Below are positions 7,774 to 16,150 of a stretch of 33,160 nt of DNA, in pieces. Both the position numbers and the translations under genes were made by a program. Positions within the stretch are counted from its first letter, which is position 1. Every line of letters begins with the position of its first letter. This DNA comes from Candidatus Shapirobacteria bacterium. GTDB taxonomy: Bacteria; Patescibacteriota; Microgenomatia; UBA12405. Below the pieces are notes generated by a model that was not told the DNA's origin, searched no databases, and saw nothing but the letters and a program-made list of their open reading frames with translations. The DNA lies in assembly GCA_028700345.1 (NCBI GenBank), contig JAQVSW010000001.1, positions 1-33,160 of the forward strand, read 5' to 3'.

Positions 7774-9319
7774 AAAAAATTCTCTCTCTCTTTTTTTGAT
7801 TATTTTTATAGTTTCATTGTCTATTTTTACCCGTTTTTACAATTTAAACTGGGGTAGTAATTACCATTTTCATCCTGATGAAAACAATATGGCCTCGGCT
7901 CTTTCTCGTTTACAGATTTACAATTTAGATCCCAAATTTTATCCTTACGGCCAGTTTCCTCTTTATTTAGGGTTTTTTACTTTAAAAATATTTAATCTTC
8001 CCCCTTCTTTTTCTAATTCAATTTTAATTCTTCGCTTTTATTCTGCCTTTTTTTCTATCTTATCAGTCGGTTTAATTTATTTAGTTTCTCAAAAAATTTT
8101 TTCCCAAAAATTTTCTATCTTAGTCTCAATTTTAACTATTTTTAGTCCTGGACTAATTCAGCTAGCTCATTTTGGGACTACCGAAAGCCTATTAATTTTT
8201 ATATTTTTACTCGAAATATATTTATCAATTTTGATTTACCAAAAAAAAGATAATTATTGGCAGTACATCCTTGCTGGCATCTTTGGCGGTATTGGCATAG
8301 CCACTAAAATATCCTCTCTTATTTTTTTAGGTCCAATTTTTTTAGTTTCTCTAATGAAATTTATTTCAAAAGAAAAAATACTATCTCTTTTTTTAAAAAT
8401 TTATATATTAATATTTTTTGTTATTAACTTTTATTTGATTTCTTCTCCATACAATTTTGCTAAGAGTCAAGATTTCTTCTCCTCGATGAAATATGAAACT
8501 AGTGTTGCCACTGGGGAGTTGTCAGTTTTTTACACCACTCAGTTTAAAAATACCCTACCTTATTTATTTCAAATCCAAAAAATATTTCCTTATTCTTCAG
8601 GTATCTTTCAATTCATCTTTACCATCATTGGTCTAGTTTTTTTATTGAAAAATTGGAAACTCAAAGAAGATAAATATCTTTACTGGTTTATTATTTTGAT
8701 TCCTTCTTTAGTTTACTTTTTTTATTTCGGTCAAATTTTTGCTAAATGGACCCGTTTCGTCTCCCCTTTATTTTTTTTATTTCCCCTACTCTCAGTTTAT
8801 TTTATTTCTCTCCTGAAATCTAAAATCTATTGTCTAATCTCTATCATCTTAGCTCTCCTTCCCGGTCTATATTTTATGAAACTATATTTTGTCTCTGATA
8901 TTCGTCTTACTGCTTCCCGGTGGATAGAAAATAATATTCCGCAGGGTTCAAGCATTCTTTCTGAGGGGGGTAATGTCGTTAATATTCCAATTACTGATCA
9001 AAACTACCAGGTTATTAATTATGATTTCTATGGTGATAATTATCCAAACGAATTGTCTAATCATCTCTTTACTTCTAACTATATTATTATTCCTTCTCGT
9101 CGGGTCTTTAAAAATTATGATTTAAAATATCACCAGTATCTTTTTGATGGTAGCCTGGGATATAAAGAAATCAATAAAATATCTCCCAATTACGACCTGT
9201 TTTTAGATTCAGAAAATGCTGAAGAAACTTGGTCCGTTTTTGATCATCCCACTATTCGAGTTTTTGAAAAAGTTAATGAGTTGACTCAAGAGGAATATGA
9301 AAAGCTTCTACAAAAATAA
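7763..9319 (+). CDS. GT-C fold membrane glycosyltransferase (GT39/ArnT-like), paralog 1
   Basis: 518 aa with many TM segments. The first loop reads FYNLNWGSNYHFHPDENNM, an acidic DE motif after TM1. The soluble C-terminal domain carries WSVFDHPTIRVFEK. Confidence 0.65.
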   Translation: MFSKKNSLSLFLIIFIVSLSIFTRFYNLNWGSNYHFHPDENNMASALSRLQIYNLDPKFYPYGQFPLYLGFFTLKIFNLPPSFSNSILILRFYSAFFSILSVGLIYLVSQKIFSQKFSILVSILTIFSPGLIQLAHFGTTESLLIFIFLLEIYLSILIYQKKDNYWQYILAGIFGGIGIATKISSLIFLGPIFLVSLMKFISKEKILSLFLKIYILIFFVINFYLISSPYNFAKSQDFFSSMKYETSVATGELSVFYTTQFKNTLPYLFQIQKIFPYSSGIFQFIFTIIGLVFLLKNWKLKEDKYLYWFIILIPSLVYFFYFGQIFAKWTRFVSPLFFLFPLLSVYFISLLKSKIYCLISIILALLPGLYFMKLYFVSDIRLTASRWIENNIPQGSSILSEGGNVVNIPITDQNYQVINYDFYGDNYPNELSNHLFTSNYIIIPSRRVFKNYDLKYHQYLFDGSLGYKEINKISPNYDLFLDSENAEETWSVFDHPTIRVFEKVNELTQEEYEKLLQK

Positions 9320-10949
9320 ATTAATAATATTTTTAATTTTTATAATTGCCTTTCTTTTTCGTATTTACGGTTTAAATTGGGATGATAACAATCATCTTCA
9401 TCCTGACGAGAGATTTTTGACTATGGTCGTAAACGATATCAAATTACCCTCTTCTTTTTCAGAGTATCTAAACACCGACATTTCACCTCTTAATCCTTAC
9501 AATTACCCTCAGTATCAGTTTTTTGTTTACGGTACTTTTCCTCTATTTTTAACAAAAATATTCGCCGTATTATTTCATCTAGATGATTATAATCACATCA
9601 CCCTCCTTGGCCGAGTACTCTCGGCATTTTTTGATTCAGGCAACGTTATTCTTCTTTATTTTATTGCCAAAAAATTTCTTAAATCTTACTATATTTTTCT
9701 TCCTTCGCTTTTTTATACTTTTTTAGTTATCCCTCTCCAGCTTTCTCATTTTTTCGCCGTTGATACTTTTTTAACTTTTTTTATTCTCTTAACATTTACC
9801 TTATTTTCTTATAATCTTTTTCCTCTTGCCTTTTTTGCTTTTGGTATTGCTCTTTCCTGTAAAATTTCCGCTCTTTACTTTATTCCGATTATCCTTTTAT
9901 TTTTAATCAAAAATAAAAATCTAAAATCTATTTTCTATTGTCAAATTTCTATTTTGGCTTTTCGAATATTTCAACCTTATGCTTTTACTAATATTTTTAA
10001 AATTAATCCTCTCTTTATTGATAATCTAAAAACCCTTGCCAATTTTTCCGGATCTGATATTTATTATCCACCGGGAGTTCAGTGGATCAATCGACTTTTG
10101 TTTTTAGATTCTTCAGTTAATCTAGTTGTTTGGGGATTGGGTCTGGTATTTTCTTTACCTTTATTATTTTTAATTTTTCGTTTTTTTATTAAACCAAAAA
10201 TTAAATTTAATTTAATCTTCATTATTTCTTTTTGGATTATCCTACTGTTTATTTATCAATCTCTCCAATTTGCTCACACTATGCGTTATTATCTGCCTGT
10301 TTATCCGTTTATTTGTCTAATTTTTGTAACTCTTTTGTCTCAATTTAAATTAAAAAAATTCATAATTATTTTAATCTTAATCCTTAATATTTTTTATGCC
10401 CTTGCTTTTCTCTCAATTTATTCTCGTCCCAATTCTCGGATACAGGCATCAAATTGGATAAATCAATATATTCCTCAGGGCAGTGTTCTAAGTAGTGAAT
10501 ATTGGGACGATGCCCTGCCTCTAGGTTATTCTGATTATGAAAATATCTCTCTCCCTCTTTTTGATCCAGACACTCCAGAAAAATGGGAAAAAATCAACCA
10601 TTCGCTTGAGGAGATTGATTATATAATAATGTCCAGCAATCGTCTATGGGCCTCAATTCCTAGAGTTTCAGAGAAGTATCCCTTAGCTTCAGAATTTTAT
10701 AGAAACCTTTTTGCTGAAAAATTAAATTTTAAAAAATTCAAAGAATTTAATTCTTACCCCGGTTTTTCTCTCTCGTTTCTAAAATCTTGTCTATACCTAG
10801 GCCCTACCAATTACCCTGGCATTAAAAACACCTGGTTTTCTGTTGACAATAACTGTTCTTATCCAGGTATTTATTTTCGTGATGACACCTCCGAGGAAGC
10901 ATTTACTGTCTACGACCATCCGAAGGTTTTAATCTTTGAGAGAAAATGA
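9297..10949 (+). CDS. GT-C fold membrane glycosyltransferase (GT39/ArnT-like), paralog 2
   Basis: 550 aa with the same architecture as paralog 1. The first loop reads IYGLNWDDNNHLHPDERFL and the C-terminus reads FTVYDHPKVLIFERK. It overlaps the previous gene by 23 nt. Confidence 0.65.
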   Translation: MKSFYKNKLIIFLIFIIAFLFRIYGLNWDDNNHLHPDERFLTMVVNDIKLPSSFSEYLNTDISPLNPYNYPQYQFFVYGTFPLFLTKIFAVLFHLDDYNHITLLGRVLSAFFDSGNVILLYFIAKKFLKSYYIFLPSLFYTFLVIPLQLSHFFAVDTFLTFFILLTFTLFSYNLFPLAFFAFGIALSCKISALYFIPIILLFLIKNKNLKSIFYCQISILAFRIFQPYAFTNIFKINPLFIDNLKTLANFSGSDIYYPPGVQWINRLLFLDSSVNLVVWGLGLVFSLPLLFLIFRFFIKPKIKFNLIFIISFWIILLFIYQSLQFAHTMRYYLPVYPFICLIFVTLLSQFKLKKFIIILILILNIFYALAFLSIYSRPNSRIQASNWINQYIPQGSVLSSEYWDDALPLGYSDYENISLPLFDPDTPEKWEKINHSLEEIDYIIMSSNRLWASIPRVSEKYPLASEFYRNLFAEKLNFKKFKEFNSYPGFSLSFLKSCLYLGPTNYPGIKNTWFSVDNNCSYPGIYFRDDTSEEAFTVYDHPKVLIFERK

Positions 10950-11707
10950 AATTAATAAAAATTTTAAAATACTATTTCCACATTCTATTACTGATGTTTT
11001 TAAATATAAAAACAATTTCTTATCATCATAAATATTTTTTTATTAAGCTAAAAAACAATACTGTTTTTAAAATTAGAAATTTTATGGATTTATGGACTTT
11101 AACTGAAACATACTTGAATAGTGACTATGAAAAACATGGTGATAAATTAGGTGTGAATTGGACTATTATTGATATCGGTGCTGCTTTCGGCGACTTTTCA
11201 GTTTTTGCAGCTCAAAAATCATCGCTAAATCAAATTATCGCCATTGAACCTCTGCCGAGCTCTCAAAGACTGTTTCGTCAAAATATTAGAATGAATAAAT
11301 TAAAAAATATAATAATTTTTTCTGGGGGAATTTCTTCAACTCAAAATAAAATAAATATCGCAGAAAATAATAAAAATTATGGTCATAGTCAAACGTCTTC
11401 GACTTCTTCCTTTTGTGTCGACGCCATTTCTTTGCCAAAATTATTTTCAAAATATAATCTGAAACATTGTCATTTAATTAAGTGTGATTGTGAAGGAACA
11501 GAATATGATATTTTTTCAAATGTTCCCTCATCAATCTACGCCAAAATTGACCGTATCGTTATGGAATATCATTTGTTTGATTTTGACTCCCAGCAAAAAT
11601 TTCAACGCCTTAAATCAATTTTTAAAAAAAATAATTATCGACTTAAAATTTCTCCTAATCCGGTTCATTCAAATCTCGGTTTTCTTTACGCCTTTCGCAA
11701 AAATTGA
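10946..11707 (+). CDS. FkbM-family SAM-dependent methyltransferase
   Basis: 253 aa. IIDIGAAFGDFSVFAA is a SAM-binding Gly-rich loop, and IKCDCEGTEYDIF is a typical FkbM motif. It overlaps the upstream gene through ATGA. Confidence 0.7.
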   Translation: MKLIKILKYYFHILLLMFLNIKTISYHHKYFFIKLKNNTVFKIRNFMDLWTLTETYLNSDYEKHGDKLGVNWTIIDIGAAFGDFSVFAAQKSSLNQIIAIEPLPSSQRLFRQNIRMNKLKNIIIFSGGISSTQNKINIAENNKNYGHSQTSSTSSFCVDAISLPKLFSKYNLKHCHLIKCDCEGTEYDIFSNVPSSIYAKIDRIVMEYHLFDFDSQQKFQRLKSIFKKNNYRLKISPNPVHSNLGFLYAFRKN

Positions 11708-12388
11708 GTTTGACTTTGTTTTCTGTTGAAAAATATACCCAATATTTTTCAACAAGGATTTTATTCTTGTATTTCCATCTTCAACACATATTACTTTTGG
11801 GCTATATTTATTCCATGGCCAATTTTTTAATATCATTTCATCAAATCCCTCAGTATCAATTGACAAAAAATCAATATTTTCATCAATAATCTCATCTACT
11901 TTTATAGTTTTAATTTTTATTATTTTTTCTAATTTATGTCCATTGTTAATATTTTTTTCAGCATCTCCTTTTGAAAAAGTATTTAGAGCTGGTATTAAAA
12001 ATTGATAATAATTCATACTGCCATTTATATTTGAAATACCAGCGTTTATAAAATTATCTTCCGGACGGATTTTATTAAAAATATTTTTGACTTCCGGATT
12101 TGGCTCAACAACAGTACCCCTCCAACCTATTTTATAAAAATGATAAGTATTACTAAGTCTAGTCGGGTGATATGCTCCAATTTCAAGATATTTACCTCGG
12201 TATTTTCTATCAAAATATTTTTCAACAATTAAGTCCTCATAATTTTGTGAATAAGATCCCACCAGCATCTCCCTCCATATTCTTCTCTTTATTTCTTTCA
12301 ACCCAGCTTTAATTAAAAATCCTAATTTATAATTCTTAATCAATTCAAAATATTTTTTCATATTTTTTAACAGTTTTTTTGTAGTCAA
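11669..12388 (-). CDS. FkbM-family SAM-dependent methyltransferase
   Basis: 239 aa with YLEIGAYHPTRLSNTY and FLSIDTEGFDEMIL. The true start may be the internal ATG at 12361 (MKKYFELIKN). Confidence 0.65.
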   Translation of the reverse strand: MTTKKLLKNMKKYFELIKNYKLGFLIKAGLKEIKRRIWREMLVGSYSQNYEDLIVEKYFDRKYRGKYLEIGAYHPTRLSNTYHFYKIGWRGTVVEPNPEVKNIFNKIRPEDNFINAGISNINGSMNYYQFLIPALNTFSKGDAEKNINNGHKLEKIIKIKTIKVDEIIDENIDFLSIDTEGFDEMILKNWPWNKYSPKVICVEDGNTRIKSLLKNIGYIFQQKTKSNSIFAKGVKKTEI

Positions 12389-13415
12389 ACAATTCTAAAT
12401 TTTTAGCTCTCTTTTTATAGAATTCTTTGCCATTTTTGCAAACTAAAATAATTTTATTTTTTAATTCTTCACTCTTATTGCTTTCAAAAAGCTCTCCCAT
12501 TTTGCTTAATTTTACTGGCAGTCTTACTCCAGGAATATCTGAAGTAATTACTGGACAGCCACTTTTTATAGCCTCTGCGGCTACCATCCCAAAAGATTCC
12601 AGGGGGTTATTGCTCGGCAATACAAGACAATTTATACTGTTAAAGAATTTTACTGGGTTGTCAATTTCACCTATTTTAAAAATATTTTCATTCTTTTTTA
12701 TAAGATTCAAAATATTTTTTTGATATTTTTTTTCACCAACTATTTTTTCTGGTCCAGCCAATACTAAAACATAGTTTTTTGGTAATTTTAAAAATGCTTT
12801 GATCAAGCATTCAATATTTTTTTCTTTAGAAATTCTCCCTAAATATCCAATTTTATATTTACCATTTATTTTAATTCTTCCGCCACTTTTTTTAATTTTA
12901 ATGGGTGGAAAAATTTCAACTATTTTATCTTGGTAATTATTTAGTAAATTGTTTCCCTTAACATAATCAAGAGAATTAACCACTATTTTTTCTGCCCAAA
13001 TTAAGGCGGGTAAGTGAATTAATTCAATAATTAAATTTAGAAATTTGTTTTCACTATCAAAACGGCAATGAAAGGTGACAATCAGTTTTTTCTTTAAAAT
13101 CTTTGCCCAAAGTGCTAGCCAAAAAGATTCAATTGACGGCAGATGACAGTTAACAATATCGTTATTTTTTACTTTTTTAAAACTAATAATTGGGTATTGC
13201 CACATTAAAAATCCTTTACCGATTTGCCATCCCTGAACTCTGTTGATTATTACATTATTTATTATTTCTTCATTCTTTAATTCTTTCTGAAACTTTGCAC
13301 CAATTACTTCTACCCTATTTTTCTTTGCTAATTCTTCGGCTAATATTTTAGCGTAAACACTCACTCCAGAAATATAAGGGCAGTAGTAGGTAACTCCAAT
13401 TAAAATTCTTTTCAT
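12345..13415 (-). CDS. GT4 (group 1) glycosyltransferase
   Basis: 356 aa with GT-B architecture. The E-x7-E motif is present in ESFGMVAAEAIKSGCPVITSD. Confidence 0.8.
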   Translation of the reverse strand: MKRILIGVTYYCPYISGVSVYAKILAEELAKKNRVEVIGAKFQKELKNEEIINNVIINRVQGWQIGKGFLMWQYPIISFKKVKNNDIVNCHLPSIESFWLALWAKILKKKLIVTFHCRFDSENKFLNLIIELIHLPALIWAEKIVVNSLDYVKGNNLLNNYQDKIVEIFPPIKIKKSGGRIKINGKYKIGYLGRISKEKNIECLIKAFLKLPKNYVLVLAGPEKIVGEKKYQKNILNLIKKNENIFKIGEIDNPVKFFNSINCLVLPSNNPLESFGMVAAEAIKSGCPVITSDIPGVRLPVKLSKMGELFESNKSEELKNKIILVCKNGKEFYKKRAKNLELFDYKKTVKKYEKIF

Positions 13416-13420
13416 TTAGT

Positions 13421-13429
13421 TGGTACAAT
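13421..13429 (+). promoter_or_regulatory. extended -10 element TGgTACAAT, 9 nt upstream of the PAP2 ATG
   Basis: It lies in the 23-nt spacer between the divergent GT4 and PAP2 genes, and that spacer contains no SD. Confidence 0.45.
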
Positions 13430-13438
13430 TATCTCATT

Positions 13439-14014
13439 ATGTCTACTGGTCATCCAGCTTTTCTTTTTTGGCAACCCAAAGTTGATTATCTTCGCCTTTT
13501 ATCTTCTTTTAAATTTGGTCGTAATATTTTAATTTTTTTAAACTATGCGATTTGGTTATTTTTTTTCTATCTTTCATATCTTTTAATAAAACACGATTTT
13601 TCTTTTTTTTGGTTACTACTATTAACCACATTATTGGCAGAAATAGTTGAACGTTTAATTAAGAAAAAAAATTTTTGGTGTCGACCTATGTTCTTGCGTC
13701 ATGACTGTACTCCCTCGGGTTTAGTTGACAAGTGGTACCGATCAGGAGCTTTTCCTTCAGGCCATACCATAAAGGCCACCATATTTCTTTTGTTTTTAAT
13801 TTTTACCCCTCTTTTTCCTTTGTGGCTATTTTTCATAATTGTCCTTCCCTTATTATGGTTTAGAGTCCTTGTCGGTTTTCATTATCCTGTCGATATTTTG
13901 GGTGGTATTGCAATCGGTTTTTTTATCTGGCTTATTATTTCTTTTCTAAATATAACTACCCCCCTTGATCCTTATTTACAGTCTATATTTAATACTATTT
14001 TTCTAATCAACTAA
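13439..14014 (+). CDS. PAP2-family membrane phosphatase (polyprenyl/lipid phosphate phosphatase type)
   Basis: 191 aa. All three PAP2 motifs are visible: KKKNFWCRP (KX6RP), FPSGH (PSGH) and RVLVGFHYPVD (RX5HX3D). Confidence 0.8.
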   Translation: MSTGHPAFLFWQPKVDYLRLLSSFKFGRNILIFLNYAIWLFFFYLSYLLIKHDFSFFWLLLLTTLLAEIVERLIKKKNFWCRPMFLRHDCTPSGLVDKWYRSGAFPSGHTIKATIFLLFLIFTPLFPLWLFFIIVLPLLWFRVLVGFHYPVDILGGIAIGFFIWLIISFLNITTPLDPYLQSIFNTIFLIN

Positions 14015-14024
14015 TTATCTAATC

Positions 14025-16037
14025 ATGCTTTCTGATTTTAAATATATTTTTACTTGGTGGCTTAGTCTATTTTTTCTTTCCTTTCTTTCTTTACCTTTAA
14101 TCTTTTTACTCTTCAAAAAATTTTGGGATAAAGGTTATATTTTTGCCAAAACTTGTTCAATTTTTATTTTAAGTTACTTCCTGTTAGTTTTAGGGATATT
14201 TAAAATTACTACTTTTACCCTACCTTGCATTTATTTTATTATCACCATCTACGCCGCTATTAATTTTTATTTATTTATTAAAAATAAATTATATTTTAAG
14301 AGTTTATTTAAAAAACATTGGCGAATTTTTCTTTTTGAGGAAATTTTATTTTTTCTTATCTTAATGCTTTGGTCTTATGTTCGTGGCTTTGCTCCCGATA
14401 TTGAAGGTCTTGAAAAATTTATGGACTGGGGTTTTGTTAATTCGGCCCTTCGCAGTCAGTATTTTCCTCCAGCTGACATGTGGTATGCTGGCCAGTCGAT
14501 TAATTATTATTATTTTGGCCATTTAGTTTTTGCATTTTTAACCAAATTTTCAGGTATTGCTTCAGCTATTACTTATAATCTATCTATTGCCACTGTCTGC
14601 GGCCTAACCTTTGTTTCGGGATTCTCATTGACTTCAAACTTAATTTATAGCACCCTCAAAAAACCCATTTTTCGACTGTATTTTGTTGGTGGTCTTTTAT
14701 CAGCCTTTTTATTAACCTTCGGCGGCAATCTTCACCTCATCTATAAGATTAGTAAAACCATGATCGAAGAAAAACAAAATCTTCAATCGGCAAGTGCTAG
14801 TTATTGGTATCCTGACGCTACTCGTTTTATTGGTTTTGATCCTGATACTACAGATAAAACTATTCACGAATTTCCCATGTATAGCTTCGTTGTTGCCGAC
14901 CTTCATGGCCATATGAATGACATCCCTCTGGTAATTTTCTTCATGGCCTTCCTCTTTGTTTCTCTCACCTCAATCTCAAATTTAAAATCTTATTTCTTTC
15001 TCCCGGCTGGTTTTCTTCTATCTCTGGCTTATATGACCAATGCCTGGGATTTTGCTGTTTATGGTTTACTTTTTGCCATTGCTTCTTTTTTGGTTACTAA
15101 AAAATTTTGGCCAACCATTTTTTCTGGTCTTTTAACTATTGCCTTTTGGTTTTTATTTACCCTTCCTTTTTCTCTCAATTTCACTCCCATGGCTGAAGGT
15201 CTGGAGCTTTCTGATGCCCGTTCACCCTTATATCAACTCTTCGTTTTATACGGTGGTTTTTGGTTAATTTCCCTGCCTTTTATATCTTATTTTTTTAAGA
15301 ATTTTCGCTCCAAAAAAATCTTATCAACAGATTATTTTGTTTTAGCTATATTAATTACCGCCACTATTTTAATCATAATTCCTGAAATTTTTTATATCAA
15401 AGATATTTATGTTTTTGACTATCGCCGAGCCAATACCATGTTCAAATTAGTTTACCAAGCTTTCATTATGTATTCCCTTATTGCTGGTTATATTTTTATT
15501 CGTCTTCGTCATTCTTTTGCTTATCGTTTTCTTTTTTCTTTAGTTTTTATTTTTCATCTTAGCTATTCTTATTTCGCCACCAAATCATATTACGGTTTAA
15601 AAGAATATAAGAGCCTTTGGGGTTTAAAATTTTTAGAAATTTCTTATCCAGATAATCTGGCTGCCATAAACTGGTTAAACAATAATATTTCTGGTCAACC
15701 TCATATCGTCGAAGCCGTGGGGGATAGCTACACCACCTTTAATCAGATTTCAATGGCGACTGGCTTACCTACCATTGAGGGGTGGATAGTTCATGAATGG
15801 CTCTGGAGGGGAGGTTATGATGCCCCCGCTGCCCGCCAAAATGAAGTTGAAATTATTTATACCTCTGTCGATTCCCGGGAAGTGAAGTCTATTTTAGACA
15901 AATATCAAATTAAATATATTATCGTTGGCGCCAAAGAATATGAAAAATACCCCGACCTCGATCCAGATAAATTTGATTTAGTTGATGCCAAAGTCGTTTT
16001 CGAATCGGGTCAAACCAGAATTTATCAACTACCTTAA
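14025..16037 (+). CDS. DUF2298-type large polytopic membrane protein (predicted GT-C-like)
   Basis: 670 aa. EKFMDWGFVNSALRSQYFPPADMWYAGQSINYYYFGH and DLHGHM resemble the DUF2298 signature as I recall it. A soluble C-terminal domain is present. Confidence 0.6.
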   Translation: MLSDFKYIFTWWLSLFFLSFLSLPLIFLLFKKFWDKGYIFAKTCSIFILSYFLLVLGIFKITTFTLPCIYFIITIYAAINFYLFIKNKLYFKSLFKKHWRIFLFEEILFFLILMLWSYVRGFAPDIEGLEKFMDWGFVNSALRSQYFPPADMWYAGQSINYYYFGHLVFAFLTKFSGIASAITYNLSIATVCGLTFVSGFSLTSNLIYSTLKKPIFRLYFVGGLLSAFLLTFGGNLHLIYKISKTMIEEKQNLQSASASYWYPDATRFIGFDPDTTDKTIHEFPMYSFVVADLHGHMNDIPLVIFFMAFLFVSLTSISNLKSYFFLPAGFLLSLAYMTNAWDFAVYGLLFAIASFLVTKKFWPTIFSGLLTIAFWFLFTLPFSLNFTPMAEGLELSDARSPLYQLFVLYGGFWLISLPFISYFFKNFRSKKILSTDYFVLAILITATILIIIPEIFYIKDIYVFDYRRANTMFKLVYQAFIMYSLIAGYIFIRLRHSFAYRFLFSLVFIFHLSYSYFATKSYYGLKEYKSLWGLKFLEISYPDNLAAINWLNNNISGQPHIVEAVGDSYTTFNQISMATGLPTIEGWIVHEWLWRGGYDAPAARQNEVEIIYTSVDSREVKSILDKYQIKYIIVGAKEYEKYPDLDPDKFDLVDAKVVFESGQTRIYQLP

Positions 16038-16150
16038 ATTATTATAATTTTTTACCGGTTGTTAATTAATAACTCGTAATTGATAATTGATAAGCATTTA
16101 TTCTTTATTTAATTTTTTAGACTTTAGGCTTTAGAATTTTTTTGTATTTT

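Noticed and set aside
11484-11889. Track ORFs 11484..11729 and 11704..11889 on the plus strand.
   Set aside because: They are short alternate-frame or antisense ORFs inside the two FkbM genes. Their products are low-complexity and no start signals are present.
12345-12388. A 44-nt overlap between the GT4 gene and the downstream FkbM gene on the minus strand, considered as a sign of a frameshift or pseudogene.
   Set aside because: Both ORFs are full length with intact motifs. Using the internal ATG at 12361 (MKKYFELIKN) reduces the overlap to 17 nt, in line with other overlaps in this window.
16058-16073. A near-perfect 16-bp palindrome, GTTGTTAATTAATAAC, downstream of the DUF2298 gene, considered as a terminator or operator.
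   Set aside because: It has no loop, no GC-rich stem and no T-run, so it is not an intrinsic terminator. AT-only palindromes of this size are expected by chance in this composition.
16038-16150. Hidden tRNA or small RNA genes in the largest intergenic gaps (16038..16150 and 19617..19729, each 113 nt).
   Set aside because: Both gaps are very AT-rich, with no cloverleaf-compatible stems and no conserved T-loop (GTTCRANYC). The second gap is fully explained by two divergent promoters.
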